From an uncultured Candidatus Saccharibacteria bacterium (GTDB lineage Bacteria; Patescibacteriota; Minisyncoccia; Phycocordibacterales; Phycocordibacteraceae), in the NCBI GenBank assembly GCA_964507275.1, contig CAZDPG010000001.1, forward strand, positions 188,061 through 252,060: 64,000 nt of DNA. Reading direction: 5' to 3'. Of this stretch, positions 18,847 to 29,490 are shown piece after piece (positions within the stretch are counted from its first letter, which is position 1; every line of letters starts with the position of its first letter). The translations under genes and the position numbers were made by a program. The notes below the pieces were generated by a model. It had not been told where the DNA came from and did no database searches. It saw nothing but the letters and a program-made list of their open reading frames with translations.

Positions 18847-19633
18847 CGCGCTGTTGTTATCGAGAGACGTCTCGTGGGGCGTGCTCGCGGTTACGCTTGT
18901 CGCGCTCATCATGATCATGCGCATCGTTCTACCGAATTTTTTCTGGCAGGTCTTCTCGCCAGTGTTCCAGGTGTCAGAATCTCTCGGTGCAGGAAGCCAT
19001 GCTTTTTTCACCCGTTTTAGTGACACCGCAATGCTCGCGCGACAGAAGGAACAGTTAGAAAATGAGAACGCGGCACTCGCGAGCGAGAACCAAATGCTCT
19101 TGAAGAAGGTTGAGAATCTCTCAGACCTCCTCGGCGGCCCGGTAGTCCAGAAGGGCATCTCGGGAATCCTCGCTGGTGTCGTCGCGGGGCCGCCCATGAG
19201 TCCGTATGACACGCTTATGCTTGCGGCAGGAAGGGAGGACGGTGTCGCGCTCGGCATGGAGGCGTTTGGTGCCGGTGGTGTGCCGGTGGGAATCGTTTCG
19301 TCGGTTCTCGATGACTTCTCACGAGTAACCCTCTTCTCCTCCTCTGGCGTGACTATGAGCGGCTGGGTCGGACGTGAGAATACTCCACTCAGCATTTCAG
19401 GTGTCGGGGGTGGGGTGATGCAGGCTGTCGTTGCGCGTTCTGCGGATGTCACTCCCGGCGATATCGTGTTTATGCCCGGACCGGGCATGCTTCCAGTAGG
19501 AAGCGTTCTCCGCGTCGAGAGCGACCCATTATCTCCCGCGGTGACGCTCCGCATTCAACCGATGATAAATCCTTTTTCGATATCATGGGTTGAGTTGCGG
19601 ACAACCGGAGTCGCAACCTCGACATCGCCATGA
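18818..19633 (+). CDS. mreC: Rod shape-determining protein MreC
   Basis: TM helix, coiled coil (LENEN..L..EN..L), beta domain with G…GV..GM; directly after mreB. Confidence 0.85.
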   Translation: MKRTFLARRNALLLSRDVSWGVLAVTLVALIMIMRIVLPNFFWQVFSPVFQVSESLGAGSHAFFTRFSDTAMLARQKEQLENENAALASENQMLLKKVENLSDLLGGPVVQKGISGILAGVVAGPPMSPYDTLMLAAGREDGVALGMEAFGAGGVPVGIVSSVLDDFSRVTLFSSSGVTMSGWVGRENTPLSISGVGGGVMQAVVARSADVTPGDIVFMPGPGMLPVGSVLRVESDPLSPAVTLRIQPMINPFSISWVELRTTGVATSTSP

Positions 19634-19884
19634 TGCACAAACTCGCTGCAGTGGCCGCATGCTTTTCAGTACTGCTTTTCCCGTGGCCATTCGCTGCCTG
19701 CTTGGCGCTCGGTATGTCGCTTTTCGAACCATTCGTGCCGTTTATCGTCGGTCTGCTCATTGATATTTTTTTCTATTCACCATACGGAGGAGCGCTTCCT
19801 CTCGCTACGCTTTCCGGGGCATGCGTAACAGTGCTCGCGCTCCTCGTGCGCAGTCGGCTCGTGGCGAGTATTATCAGAGAATGA
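19630..19884 (+). CDS. Small membrane protein, putative reduced MreD
   Basis: Hydrophobic, contains GLL.D; sits between mreC and pbp2 with overlapping start/stop codons. Confidence 0.6.
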   Translation: MMHKLAAVAACFSVLLFPWPFAACLALGMSLFEPFVPFIVGLLIDIFFYSPYGGALPLATLSGACVTVLALLVRSRLVASIIRE

Positions 19885-21575
19885 TCTGGTGGTATAAAAG
19901 GCGCCCTGATCCGGAGATTGCTCCGGATGAGATATTCCTCGACGTGTCGAACGCGCCTGATTTCAACCGACAGCGCTTCGAGGGTCGGCTTGAAAAACCA
20001 ATCCCGCATGGCTCTTTCTCTTTGCTTGCTACAGGGCTGGCCGTGCTTTTTCTCGTCCTCGCTACCCGCTCATGGAATCTTCAGGTGACGCATGGTGCGA
20101 CGTTCGCGTCCGAGAGCGCACACAACAGCCTTGAGGTCGTAACGATCTTCGCGCCACGGGGCATCATTACCGACGTACAGGGTGCCGTCCTTGCCGAGAA
20201 TGTGCAGAAGGATGATGGTGCTGTCGAACGACATTATTCCGTACCAGCACTCAGCCAGGTCATCGGCTACGTCTCCTATCCGAAGAAGGATTCGAAGGGA
20301 GTCTATTATGACAAGGAGCAACGAGGTGTCACAGGTCTTGAAGCACGGTACGATGAGCTTCTGTCGGGAAAGAACGGACAGATGCTCACGGAGACCGATG
20401 CGCTCGGGCGGGTGCGGAGTGAAGGCAGAGTCGTTCCAGCGGAAGAAGGGAAGACACTTCAGTTATCAATAGACGCTACGCTTGAGCGGCTTCTTGGTCG
20501 TGCGGTGGCGGCTGTTGCGGTCGACAAACACTTCATCGCTGGCGCTGGGGTCATCATGGACGTGGAAACAGGTGCTGTGCGTGCGCTCGTCTCCTATCCG
20601 AGCTATGACGCGAATATCATGGCACAGGGCGGTCCGGCGAGCACAATCGCTGCGTATAACACTGATCCCGGACATCCGTTCATCGACCACGCGGTACAGG
20701 GTGTCTATGCGCCAGGATCAGTCGTGAAGCCGCTCGTCGCCTCGGGGGCGCTTACCGACGGCATCATCACTCCGAACACGGTCATGGATGATCCAGGATT
20801 CCTCCTGATACCCGATCCGTATAATCCGGGAAAGAATTTCTTGTACAAGGGATGGAAAGCACTCGGGGCAGTGGACGTGAGGAGGGCGATTGCCTGGTCT
20901 TCAGACGTGTTCTTCTATTCGGTTGGTGGCGGATTCAAGAGTCAGAAAGGTCTCGGTATCGATCGTCTCGCTTATTGGTACCGACAGTTCGGCCTCGGCA
21001 CGACGACTGCTATTGATCTGCCAGGAGAAGTCCCGGGTGTCATCCCGACGCCAGAATGGAAGAAGATTACGTTCGACGAACCGTGGTATCTCGGCGATAC
21101 GTATTTTACTGCGATCGGACAATACTCTATGCAGGTGACGCCAATACAGATGGCTCGTGCGATAGCTGCTGTCGCGAATGGGGGAAAATTATTCACCCCG
21201 ACACTCGTCGCCGACCAGCCTTCCTCGTACGAGCTCGTGCCAGTGGATCAATCAGCACTTGTTGTCGTGCGGGAAGGTATGCGCCAAGCGGTCACCGGTG
21301 CACTTGCAGGTGCGCTCAATGTTCCGTATGTGAGCGTGGCCGCGAAGACGGGTACCGCTCAGACGGGCACGCGCAATCAATATGACAATTCCTGGGTCGT
21401 CGGATTCTTCCCGTACGATCATCCGAAGTATGCCTTTGCGGTCGTGCTCGAGCGCGGCCCGGAAGGTACGGGTGAACAAGCAGTGAACGTGATGCGCGAC
21501 TTCCTTGAAGCGCTTCGTGCGGTGAATTCTCCGTACGTCGGAGGGAGCGCGACCTCGACCGCTATTGCGCTCTAG
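19881..21575 (+). CDS. mrdA: Penicillin-binding protein 2 (class B)
   Basis: APRG.I.D, PGSVVK (SxxK), SSD (SxN-like), KTGTAQ; part of the mre operon. Confidence 0.9.
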   Translation: MIWWYKRRPDPEIAPDEIFLDVSNAPDFNRQRFEGRLEKPIPHGSFSLLATGLAVLFLVLATRSWNLQVTHGATFASESAHNSLEVVTIFAPRGIITDVQGAVLAENVQKDDGAVERHYSVPALSQVIGYVSYPKKDSKGVYYDKEQRGVTGLEARYDELLSGKNGQMLTETDALGRVRSEGRVVPAEEGKTLQLSIDATLERLLGRAVAAVAVDKHFIAGAGVIMDVETGAVRALVSYPSYDANIMAQGGPASTIAAYNTDPGHPFIDHAVQGVYAPGSVVKPLVASGALTDGIITPNTVMDDPGFLLIPDPYNPGKNFLYKGWKALGAVDVRRAIAWSSDVFFYSVGGGFKSQKGLGIDRLAYWYRQFGLGTTTAIDLPGEVPGVIPTPEWKKITFDEPWYLGDTYFTAIGQYSMQVTPIQMARAIAAVANGGKLFTPTLVADQPSSYELVPVDQSALVVVREGMRQAVTGALAGALNVPYVSVAAKTGTAQTGTRNQYDNSWVVGFFPYDHPKYAFAVVLERGPEGTGEQAVNVMRDFLEALRAVNSPYVGGSATSTAIAL

Positions 21576-21604
21576 CGGTGCTCGCGTACAATGCACTCAC
21601 TACT

Positions 21605-22078
21605 ATGACTGATACACAAGAAATCGTTGTTTCGCAGGAGAAATTTGATGAGATGATAAAGGAGCTCGAGCACCTGAAGACCGTACGTCGTACGGAGATT
21701 GCGAAGAACCTCGAATACGCCCGTTCGCTCGGTGATCTTTCGGAGAATGCCGAATACCAGGAAGCCCGTGATTTGCAGGCCGCTACTGAAGAGCGCATTA
21801 AGAAGCTCGAGGATCTGGTGAAGAATACGAAAATCGTCACGGACGGCAAGAAGAAGAGCGAGATTAGTTTCAGTTCGAAAGTGTCAATCAAGAGAGATGG
21901 GAGTGAGGAAGTGCATGAATACACTATCGTCGGTAGTGAAGAGGCCGACATGCGCATGAAGAAGCTCTCGCACGTCTCTCCGCTCGGCAGCGCCCTCATG
22001 GGCAAGAAGAAGGGCGACGTCTTCACATTCGAGACTCCTTCGGGCAAGCAGACCTATACGATAGAGAAGGTTGCGTAA
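21605..22078 (+). CDS. greA: Transcription elongation factor GreA
   Basis: GDLSENAEY and SPLGSAL motifs. Confidence 0.96.
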   Translation: MTDTQEIVVSQEKFDEMIKELEHLKTVRRTEIAKNLEYARSLGDLSENAEYQEARDLQAATEERIKKLEDLVKNTKIVTDGKKKSEISFSSKVSIKRDGSEEVHEYTIVGSEEADMRMKKLSHVSPLGSALMGKKKGDVFTFETPSGKQTYTIEKVA

Positions 22079-22129
22079 GTTGTCGGAGCGGTTAAGACGT
22101 TCCTGAGCTTTATATGTTACGATTTCAGG

Positions 22130-23698
22130 ATGTTGTGGGCTGACCGCATAGCAAGCGAAATACGGAATACGCGTACGCCTCGAGACGGAAAGACGTTTCT
22201 TATACGGGATGAGAAAACGTTGTCTGGTCGCGTGCATGTGGGAAGCATGCGCGGTGTCGCCGTACACGGCCTCATCAGTGAGATTCTTGCGGAGTACGGA
22301 ATAGCGAATGAATATCGCTACGAGCTCAATGATTTCGACCCGTTCGACTCCATACCAAGTTATCTCGACGCAGAGAAATTCAAGGAACACCTCGGGAAGC
22401 CTTTGTATGCCGTCCCAAGTCCTGAACCAGGTTTTAAGAATTACGCAGAATATTTCGGTGATGAATTTGTGAGCGTGCACAGGAAGGCCGGCTTCACTCC
22501 GAATTACTATCGAGCGACCGAGATGTATCAGTCAGGGAAGATGGATCCTTTCATTAAGACAGCACTCGAGCGCGCGAGCGATATACGCCGCATCATGAAA
22601 GAAGTTTCAGGGTCACAGAAAGACGAGTCCTGGCTCCCGGTCTCCGTCGTATGTGAGAACTGTGGAAAGATTATGACGACCCGGTCCTATGAGTACGATG
22701 GCGAGACCGTCGGGTACTCATGCGATAGGAATCCGGATGAAGCGAAAAGTTGCGGGCATACCGGTCGAGTCGCGCCATGGAAGGGAGCGGGGAAACTCTT
22801 CTGGAAAGCAGAATGGGCCGCGAAGTGGGTGGCACAAGGCGTCGATATTGAAGGTGGTGGTAAGGATCATTCGACCAAAGGCGGTTCTCGTGATGTCGCG
22901 AATCATATCTGTCGCGAGGTGTTCGAATCAGAACCGCCGTTTGATATTCCCTACGAGTTCTTTCTCGTCGGAGGGAGAAAGATGTCGTCATCGAAAGGGC
23001 GGGGCAGCTCTGCGAAAGACATGAGCGACCTCTTTCCTCCGACGGTCTTCCGGCTCGCACTTATCGGGAAAGATATTCGCGAGCAGATCGACATCGACCC
23101 TTCCGGCGAATCAGTCCCGCGCATGTACGACTGGCATGACGAACTCGGTGAGAGCGTCCGTGATGGTGCAGCGGATGATCGTTCACGACTCTTCGCGCTC
23201 TCTGAGCTTCCACAAGACCGTGCTGGACTCACCGCCCCATGGCAGATGCGTTTCCGTGAAGTCGCGTTCATTGTGCAGATGGCGCACCTCTCGCTCAAAG
23301 AAGAAGCGGAGCGAGTAAAAGGAAGCGCTCTTTCCGAAGACGAGGAGATTGCTCTCGATGAGCGCGCACGGTATGCGAAATACTGGCTCGCGACGTACGC
23401 CCCGGAAGAATTCCGCTATGAGCTTCAGGAAGAGATGCCTGATACAGAGCTCAGTGACACCCAGAAACATGCTCTCAGCGTGCTTGCCGATTTCGTACAG
23501 GGGGGCGAGCGTTCGGGAGAAGAGATTCATGCGAGCCTTCACGAGATGAAGACCAGTGTGCCGATAGCTCCCAAGGACCTTTTTCAGGCGATTTATCGAG
23601 TGTTTCTTAACCGTGATTCTGGGCCGAAAGCCGGATGGTTCCTCGCCGGCCTTCCGCGGGATTTCGTCATTGCGCGCTTGAGCGAGGCTGCAAAATAA
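22130..23698 (+). CDS. lysS: Lysine--tRNA ligase, class I
   Basis: WAD start, SG..HVGS (HIGH-like), CENC zinc motif, GKDH, KMSSSKG, GPKAG. Confidence 0.93.
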   Translation: MLWADRIASEIRNTRTPRDGKTFLIRDEKTLSGRVHVGSMRGVAVHGLISEILAEYGIANEYRYELNDFDPFDSIPSYLDAEKFKEHLGKPLYAVPSPEPGFKNYAEYFGDEFVSVHRKAGFTPNYYRATEMYQSGKMDPFIKTALERASDIRRIMKEVSGSQKDESWLPVSVVCENCGKIMTTRSYEYDGETVGYSCDRNPDEAKSCGHTGRVAPWKGAGKLFWKAEWAAKWVAQGVDIEGGGKDHSTKGGSRDVANHICREVFESEPPFDIPYEFFLVGGRKMSSSKGRGSSAKDMSDLFPPTVFRLALIGKDIREQIDIDPSGESVPRMYDWHDELGESVRDGAADDRSRLFALSELPQDRAGLTAPWQMRFREVAFIVQMAHLSLKEEAERVKGSALSEDEEIALDERARYAKYWLATYAPEEFRYELQEEMPDTELSDTQKHALSVLADFVQGGERSGEEIHASLHEMKTSVPIAPKDLFQAIYRVFLNRDSGPKAGWFLAGLPRDFVIARLSEAAK

Positions 23699-23703
23699 GC
23701 TAC

Positions 23704-23740
23704 GAAAAGCCGCTGCAACCAAGAGTTGCAGCGGCTTTTC
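23704..23740 (+). terminator. Intrinsic terminator
   Basis: Perfect 16-bp inverted repeat GAAAAGCCGCTGCAAC / GTTGCAGCGGCTTTTC. Confidence 0.85.
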
Positions 23741-23767
23741 GCTATTGGGGATAACTAAAATAGGGTA

Positions 23768-23826
23768 GTGGGGAAGGGTGGGATATAATGTTTTGACAGT
23801 GGGATGAAGTGGAAGGCGGGAGTGGT
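23768..23826 (+). promoter_or_regulatory. MraZ-binding direct repeats and dcw promoter
   Basis: GTGGG/GTGGA at 23768, 23778, 23799 and 23809 (about 10-bp period) flanking TATAAT at 23784-23789, upstream of mraZ. Confidence 0.75.
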
Positions 23827-23865
23827 GGCCTATCTTCCAAGTTCCAGCCCGCTCATTTTTAACCC

Positions 23866-24294
23866 ATGTTCATCGGCGAATACCTGCACACACTTGATCC
23901 TAAGAACCGCATCTCGCTTCCGGCGAAGTTTCGGAAAGATCTCGGCCGCGCTGTTGTCATAACGCGCGGCCTCGATCATTGTCTCTCGGTCTATCCGAAG
24001 AAGGCGTGGGCGAAGGAAGCTGAGAGTCGTGCCGTACACGCCGGCGGTACTGCCGCAGCGCGCGGCCTCGCGCGTCTTTTCCTTGCTGGAGCTATGGAGG
24101 CCGAGGTCGATACGGCTGGGAGGATACTCGTTCCCGACCATCTGAAGAGTTTCGCGGGACTCAATACGAAGACCGTCATCGCCGGGGTCGCAGACCGTAT
24201 CGAGATCTGGGATGAGAAGGCATGGAAGAAATACACGGCAGAGATTGAGCGCGATGCTGATGCGTTCGCTGAGAAGCTCGGCACTGCCAACTGA
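23866..24294 (+). CDS. mraZ: Transcriptional regulator MraZ
   Basis: MFIGEY.H.LD.KNR..LP.KFR and D..GRIL.P motifs. Confidence 0.96.
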   Translation: MFIGEYLHTLDPKNRISLPAKFRKDLGRAVVITRGLDHCLSVYPKKAWAKEAESRAVHAGGTAAARGLARLFLAGAMEAEVDTAGRILVPDHLKSFAGLNTKTVIAGVADRIEIWDEKAWKKYTAEIERDADAFAEKLGTAN

Positions 24295-24295
24295 T

Positions 24296-25249
24296 ATGGA
24301 AGCTCGTCACGACAGCGTTCTCATGCAAGAAGTGCTCGAAGCACTTGCTGTCGTTCCAAGTGATACGGTCGTCGATGCGACACTTGGCGGTGCAGGACAT
24401 TTCAAAGAGCTGCTTGCGGCACTTGGTGAGGGTGGGGTCATTGTTGGCATCGATGCGGATTCGGCGGCTGTCGAGCGCGGTCGAGCAGTGTACGCTCTCG
24501 ATCGGCGCCCAGAGCGGCCGGTTGCGCACTTGGTGAACGATAATTTCCGTAACCTTGCGCGTATACTCGAGCGTCTCGGTATCGGTCATGCCGACAAGGT
24601 GCTCTTCGACCTCGGATGGAGCGGATATCAGATAGCCGCACCGCGCGGATTCTCATTTCAGAGAGACGAACCGCTCTACATGACGTATGGCGAAGGCGGC
24701 GAGACGGCCGCGGATATCGTTAATAGCTCTTCCGAAGAGGATATTGCGGACATCATCTTCACGTACGGCGAGGAGCGTTTCGCGCGCGGCATCGCACGTG
24801 CCATTGTCGCGGCGCGTTCTAAAGAGCGCATTCTCACGACGGATGCGCTCGTCGCTGCTATAAAAGCAGGTACGCCTGCTTGGTATCACGAGCGGAAGAT
24901 TCACCCAGCGACGAAAACATTCCAGGCGCTCCGCATTGCGGTGAATGATGAGATTGGAAGCTTGCGCGAGGGATTGTCTGCTGCCCTTACGACGCTTGCT
25001 CCTTGTGGCCGACTCGCCGTAATTTCTTTCCATAGTATCGAGGATCGTGTCGTGAAGAATATCCTGCGTGATGCGGAGCAGGCAGGCCTCGGATCGCTCT
25101 CGCCGAAGAAACCGATCGCACCTTTGCGCGCGGAAGTCCTCGCGAATCGTCGGGCACGGAGTGCGAAACTGCGCGTATTCGAACGCAATGCCGTCGCAGC
25201 AGAGGCAATGTCAGCCAGCTCGCGCGATCTTCATTTTTCCTATGCATAA
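24296..25249 (+). CDS. rsmH: 16S rRNA m4C1402 methyltransferase
   Basis: H.SVL, DATLGGAGH, DLG.S, TFQALRIAVN.E, SFHS.EDR, RARSAKLR. Confidence 0.96.
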   Translation: MEARHDSVLMQEVLEALAVVPSDTVVDATLGGAGHFKELLAALGEGGVIVGIDADSAAVERGRAVYALDRRPERPVAHLVNDNFRNLARILERLGIGHADKVLFDLGWSGYQIAAPRGFSFQRDEPLYMTYGEGGETAADIVNSSSEEDIADIIFTYGEERFARGIARAIVAARSKERILTTDALVAAIKAGTPAWYHERKIHPATKTFQALRIAVNDEIGSLREGLSAALTTLAPCGRLAVISFHSIEDRVVKNILRDAEQAGLGSLSPKKPIAPLRAEVLANRRARSAKLRVFERNAVAAEAMSASSRDLHFSYA

Positions 25250-25535
25250 ACTTCGCCTTCATCTTCCGGTCTCCATCATGTCGCTCTCTGTCGGCATGGT
25301 TGCCGTCCTGGCTGTCGTCTATATCGGGCTCATCGCCGTCGTCATGAGTTATGCCGCGCTCACGGTTGAGTTCTCACAGTCGGTCAAAGATGATGAAGCG
25401 GCCGTTGCCGTGCTCGAGTCCCAGTATCTTGAGAACGCCGCACGCCTCCAGAGTCTTGATTATCATGCACTCGGCTATGCCGCTCCGCGCGCGAAGACGT
25501 TCGTTCCGGCGGCAAGCATGACAGCGTTACGCTAA
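25242..25535 (+). CDS. FtsL-like bitopic protein
   Basis: One TM helix and a short coiled coil, in the canonical position between rsmH and ftsI. Confidence 0.6.
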   Translation: MHKLRLHLPVSIMSLSVGMVAVLAVVYIGLIAVVMSYAALTVEFSQSVKDDEAAVAVLESQYLENAARLQSLDYHALGYAAPRAKTFVPAASMTALR

Positions 25536-25541
25536 GAGGAT

Positions 25542-27278
25542 ATGCGAGCACAGTTCCGTTCACGCATCCGGCTCGTCCTCGCTTTCATTGCCCTCGCCGC
25601 TCTCCTCATCATTGTCCGCCTCTATTTCGTTCAGATTGTGCATGGCGACGAATATGCAGAGAAGGCCGATCGGCAATTCGCGTCGAGCGGTAGCGGCCTG
25701 TTCGACCGTGGGGCGATCTATCTCACAACGAAGGACGGAACACTTATCTCGGGAGCGACGCTCGCGACCGGGTTTCTTGTCGCGATAAATCCACAAACGC
25801 TAATCGATCCTGAAGGGGCATATGAAGCAATAGTCTCTATCGCGTCGACGACGGTATCGCGCGAAGCCTTTCTCGCTTCCGCCGCTAAGAAGAATCTCGT
25901 CTATGTCGAAGTTGCGCATCGTGTCACTGACGAAAAAGGAAAGGCGCTTGCCGACCGTGCACTGCCGGGCGTGCAGGTGCTTCGTGAGCGGTGGCGGTAT
26001 TATCCGGGAGGGACGCTCGCGTCGCAGTCGATCGGCATCGTCTCGTATGGTCAAGGCGATGAACTCATCGGGCAGACTGGGCTCGAGGCGGTATACGATG
26101 GTACGCTCGCACGTTCTGGGGATTCTCTGTATAAGAATTTCTTCGCTGAACTCTTCTCGAATGTCGGCAACCTGCTCGTGAACGCGAAGGACGCTCGGGA
26201 GGGCGACATCGTGACGACCATCGAACCCGAAGTACAGACACGGCTCGAGCATGATCTTGCAAAAGTGAATGAGCGGTACTCGAGCAAACGGTCGGGAGGC
26301 ATTATCATGGATCCTGCTACTGGCGCGATTATCGCCCTCGCGACTTTTCCCTCCTATGACGGGAATAATAGGCAACGCGTCGATCCTTCGGCGCTCGGGA
26401 GCGCCCTCGTCGAATCGGTGTACGAATTCGGCTCTATCATGAAGCCTCTGACCATGGCATCGGGACTTGATGCGGGCGTCATCACACCGGAAACGATGTA
26501 CGAGGATACGGGATGCATCACGGTGAATAAAGCGAGCATCTGCAACTGGGACTTGAAAGCGCGCGGTGTAATTCCTATGAAGCAGGTCATTGTGCAGTCG
26601 CTCAATGTCGGAGCGGCGTGGATCGCGACCGAATTAGGACAAGACAAGTTCCGCAACTATTTCGTCAAATTGTTCGGGCAGAAGACAGGCATCGATCTTC
26701 CGAGCGAAGGGCGCGCGCTTCTCGGGAACCTTTCGAAGCCGCAACAGATTGGGTACGATACCGCATCCTTTGGACAGGGCATCGCAGTGACACCAGTACA
26801 GATGGTTCGTGCACTTGGTGCGATAGCCAATGACGGCGTGATGGTGCAGCCCCATCTCGTGAGTGCGATACGTCTCGATTCCGGCATCATCCGGCAGCTC
26901 GACTGGAGCCAGACGACACCGGTCTTCTCTGCCGCCGCGGCACGTGCGACGACGGAGATGATGGATGCTGTCGTCGACGAGAAGCTCGATAACGGCAAGG
27001 CAAAGATTCCCACGATGTCAGTTGCGGCCAAGACCGGAACCGCGCAGCTTACGGACGGACGTGGCGGGTATTATACTGACCGCTTCTTCCACTCGTTTAC
27101 GGGCTTCTTTCCTTCATTCAGTCCGCGGTTTATCATCCTCTTGTATACCTATGACCCGCAGGGCGTGAAGTATGCGTCGGAGACACTCAACGCGACGTTC
27201 CTTGACCTCGTGCATTTTCTCATCGACTATTACCAAGTACCGCCCGACCGCGGGTTCGCCACATCCACCCCTGTATGA
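25542..27278 (+). CDS. ftsI: Division-specific class B PBP (PBP3)
   Basis: RG.I, R.YP, GSIMK (SxxK), SLN (SxN), KTGTAQ; dcw position. Confidence 0.9.
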   Translation: MRAQFRSRIRLVLAFIALAALLIIVRLYFVQIVHGDEYAEKADRQFASSGSGLFDRGAIYLTTKDGTLISGATLATGFLVAINPQTLIDPEGAYEAIVSIASTTVSREAFLASAAKKNLVYVEVAHRVTDEKGKALADRALPGVQVLRERWRYYPGGTLASQSIGIVSYGQGDELIGQTGLEAVYDGTLARSGDSLYKNFFAELFSNVGNLLVNAKDAREGDIVTTIEPEVQTRLEHDLAKVNERYSSKRSGGIIMDPATGAIIALATFPSYDGNNRQRVDPSALGSALVESVYEFGSIMKPLTMASGLDAGVITPETMYEDTGCITVNKASICNWDLKARGVIPMKQVIVQSLNVGAAWIATELGQDKFRNYFVKLFGQKTGIDLPSEGRALLGNLSKPQQIGYDTASFGQGIAVTPVQMVRALGAIANDGVMVQPHLVSAIRLDSGIIRQLDWSQTTPVFSAAAARATTEMMDAVVDEKLDNGKAKIPTMSVAAKTGTAQLTDGRGGYYTDRFFHSFTGFFPSFSPRFIILLYTYDPQGVKYASETLNATFLDLVHFLIDYYQVPPDRGFATSTPV

Positions 27279-28549
27279 AAAAACTCCTTAAATTTATGAT
27301 TGCTTCGGTGCTCGCCCTGCTTGCACGTGCTGTCGTGCACCGGTATCACCCGCGCATCGTCATGGTGACCGGTTCGGTAGGGAAGACGTCTACAAAGGAT
27401 GCAGTCGCCGCGGTGCTCTCGGCACGCTTCCTTGTCCGTAAGAGCGAAAAGAGTTTCAATAGCGAATTTGGTGTCCCGTTCACCATACTTGGAGCTGACA
27501 ATCCGTGGGGCGATCCTTTTGCATGGGTCTCGCTCGTCAAACGCTCGCTCGCGCTTCTCGTCCTGCCGAATCAGTATCCGAATATGCTCGTGCTCGAAGT
27601 GGGAGCGGATCGTCCTGGGGATCTCGCTCGGATACTGCGTATCGCGACGCCAGCTGCCGTCGTTGTCACGCAGCTACCTGACGTGCCAGTGCATGTGGAA
27701 GCGTATGCTTCGCCCGAGGCGGTGCGAGAAGAAGAGTTTTCTCCCGCGTACGCGCTTCCTGCGGGAGCACCGCTCATCATCTCGGCTGATGATCTATACG
27801 CACTAGACGCGGCGCGTCGTTCTCCCGCACGTGTCATCTCGTACGGTGTGGCAGAAAACGCTTCGGTACGCGTCAGCAGTATCGTTTTCTCTGAAATGGA
27901 AGGAGTTGTCACGGGGATGTCTGCCGATGTGACGGAGGAGGGTACCTCTTCGAAGATCTCCGTGAAGGGGTCTGTCGGGGAGGTACAAATCCTTCCTGTT
28001 GCCGCCGCCCTCGCGGTTGCCGTCGCATTTGACATACCTCGTGCGCGCGCCATTGAGGCGCTCGAAGCGTATGAGCCTCCGCCAGGACGCGGACGTCTGC
28101 TTACGGGGAAGGGAGACTCGATCATCATTGATGATTCGTACAACTCCTCACCGGTTGCCGTTGAGCACGCGCTCAAAGCTTTGAAAGCGTTTCCGCATGC
28201 AAAGCGCCGTATCGCAGTCCTCGGAGACATGCTTGAGCTCGGGAGATATTCGGTCACGGAGCATGAGAGGATCGCTCGTGTCGCAGGAGAATCGGCGGAT
28301 GTTATCGTTACCGTCGGTATCCGCGCTCGTGCGTTTGCCGCTGTGCCGAAGAAGGCTGAAGTCGTGCAGTTCGATAACGCCCGCGCAGCTGCTGTTGCGC
28401 TTCGGGATGTGGTCGAGTCGGGTGACGTGATTCTCGTAAAAGGGTCGCAATCGGTTCGCATGGAACGCATCGTGAAAGCGTTGCTCAATGACCGAGCAGA
28501 TGCCGCGCGACTCGTTCGCCAGGAAAAGAAGTGGCGGGAGAAGGAATAA
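27275..28549 (+). CDS. murF: UDP-MurNAc-tripeptide:D-Ala-D-Ala ligase
   Basis: TGSVGKTSTK, SFN.E.GVP, DDSYNSSP, LGDMLELG, LVKGS. Confidence 0.9.
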   Translation: MKKLLKFMIASVLALLARAVVHRYHPRIVMVTGSVGKTSTKDAVAAVLSARFLVRKSEKSFNSEFGVPFTILGADNPWGDPFAWVSLVKRSLALLVLPNQYPNMLVLEVGADRPGDLARILRIATPAAVVVTQLPDVPVHVEAYASPEAVREEEFSPAYALPAGAPLIISADDLYALDAARRSPARVISYGVAENASVRVSSIVFSEMEGVVTGMSADVTEEGTSSKISVKGSVGEVQILPVAAALAVAVAFDIPRARAIEALEAYEPPPGRGRLLTGKGDSIIIDDSYNSSPVAVEHALKALKAFPHAKRRIAVLGDMLELGRYSVTEHERIARVAGESADVIVTVGIRARAFAAVPKKAEVVQFDNARAAAVALRDVVESGDVILVKGSQSVRMERIVKALLNDRADAARLVRQEKKWREKE

Positions 28550-28676
28550 GATGTGACGCTAACGATACCAGTCAAAACTCTTAGTAGAGCAATTGCAAAC
28601 AATCAGTAAAGTAATTGTTAAGTTTGCATCTCTAGAGAGGTGTGGATTAAGTTAAGTGTGGTATGCTCAGACAATC

Positions 28677-29453
28677 ATGCGACGAACCCTTGCTGTAGCC
28701 TATACGCTAATCGCTCTTTTAATTGTTCTTCCGTTTTCGTTTCTTCCGCTCATCATGGGCGCAGAGAGCGTTGCTTCAGGCCCTCTCTTTTACAAGCTTC
28801 TTTACTACCTGTTTTACTTGCTACCGATTCTTGTAGTGGCAAGCATCGGTTATGTTTGGAAATACCTGGCTCAAGGCAAAGAACAGGATGGAAAACTCCC
28901 CTTAGCAATTCGTGCGATTATAGGACTCGTCGTTGTTTTTGTCGTGTTGTATGGGCTTGGGTACGGGGCTGCGTGGGGCAAAGTACTATTTGAAAAAAGC
29001 GGACTGATTACGTGGGTACACCCTTTATTCTCAGAAGAGTATAGCGACTCGCAATTATATAGTGCCGCATTCAATAACGGTGACCGGGGAACCTGTGACA
29101 AAATCAAAGACAGCACATTGAAAGCACGATGTTACATGAATACGAACGCTACAGATATGAGCGCGTCGGACTGCCTTGCAGAGAACCATCGAGATGGGAG
29201 TCAGCCCCTGACCACGGGCGAACGGTCGTGTATCACTACTTTCATATACCAAAAAGCGCTTACCGATGCTCTCTTGGACTGCACTGTTCCAGTGCTCAAA
29301 GAATATCAAAAGGTGTGTACAGAACTCCAGTCTTTTCAGGAGCTAAGGATTAAAAACAGCTCATCCGCATGTTCCAGCTTGCTGAAATCGGGACATCTAG
29401 ATAGATCGACTACTGAAAAATTTATTGCTTGCCTCGATAGAGAGGAATCGTAA
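28677..29453 (+). CDS. Membrane protein with Cys-rich C-terminal domain
   Basis: Three TM helices followed by C..I……..C repeats (CDKIKDSTLKARCY); AT-richer than its flanks. Confidence 0.7.
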   Translation: MRRTLAVAYTLIALLIVLPFSFLPLIMGAESVASGPLFYKLLYYLFYLLPILVVASIGYVWKYLAQGKEQDGKLPLAIRAIIGLVVVFVVLYGLGYGAAWGKVLFEKSGLITWVHPLFSEEYSDSQLYSAAFNNGDRGTCDKIKDSTLKARCYMNTNATDMSASDCLAENHRDGSQPLTTGERSCITTFIYQKALTDALLDCTVPVLKEYQKVCTELQSFQELRIKNSSSACSSLLKSGHLDRSTTEKFIACLDREES

Positions 29454-29490
29454 TTGAGGATGCAATGTGCCGGTAGACTGTTTTGTTTTG

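Noticed and set aside
18454-19554. Long antisense ORFs (also 14493-15482, 27571-28602, 41342-42202, 54134-54928)
   Set aside because: They are shadow frames of well-supported GC-rich genes, with no motifs or start signals.
23761-23830. G-rich periodic repeats as a possible CRISPR, iteron or G-quadruplex
   Set aside because: They are explained by the known MraZ-binding GTGGG repeats upstream of mraZ.
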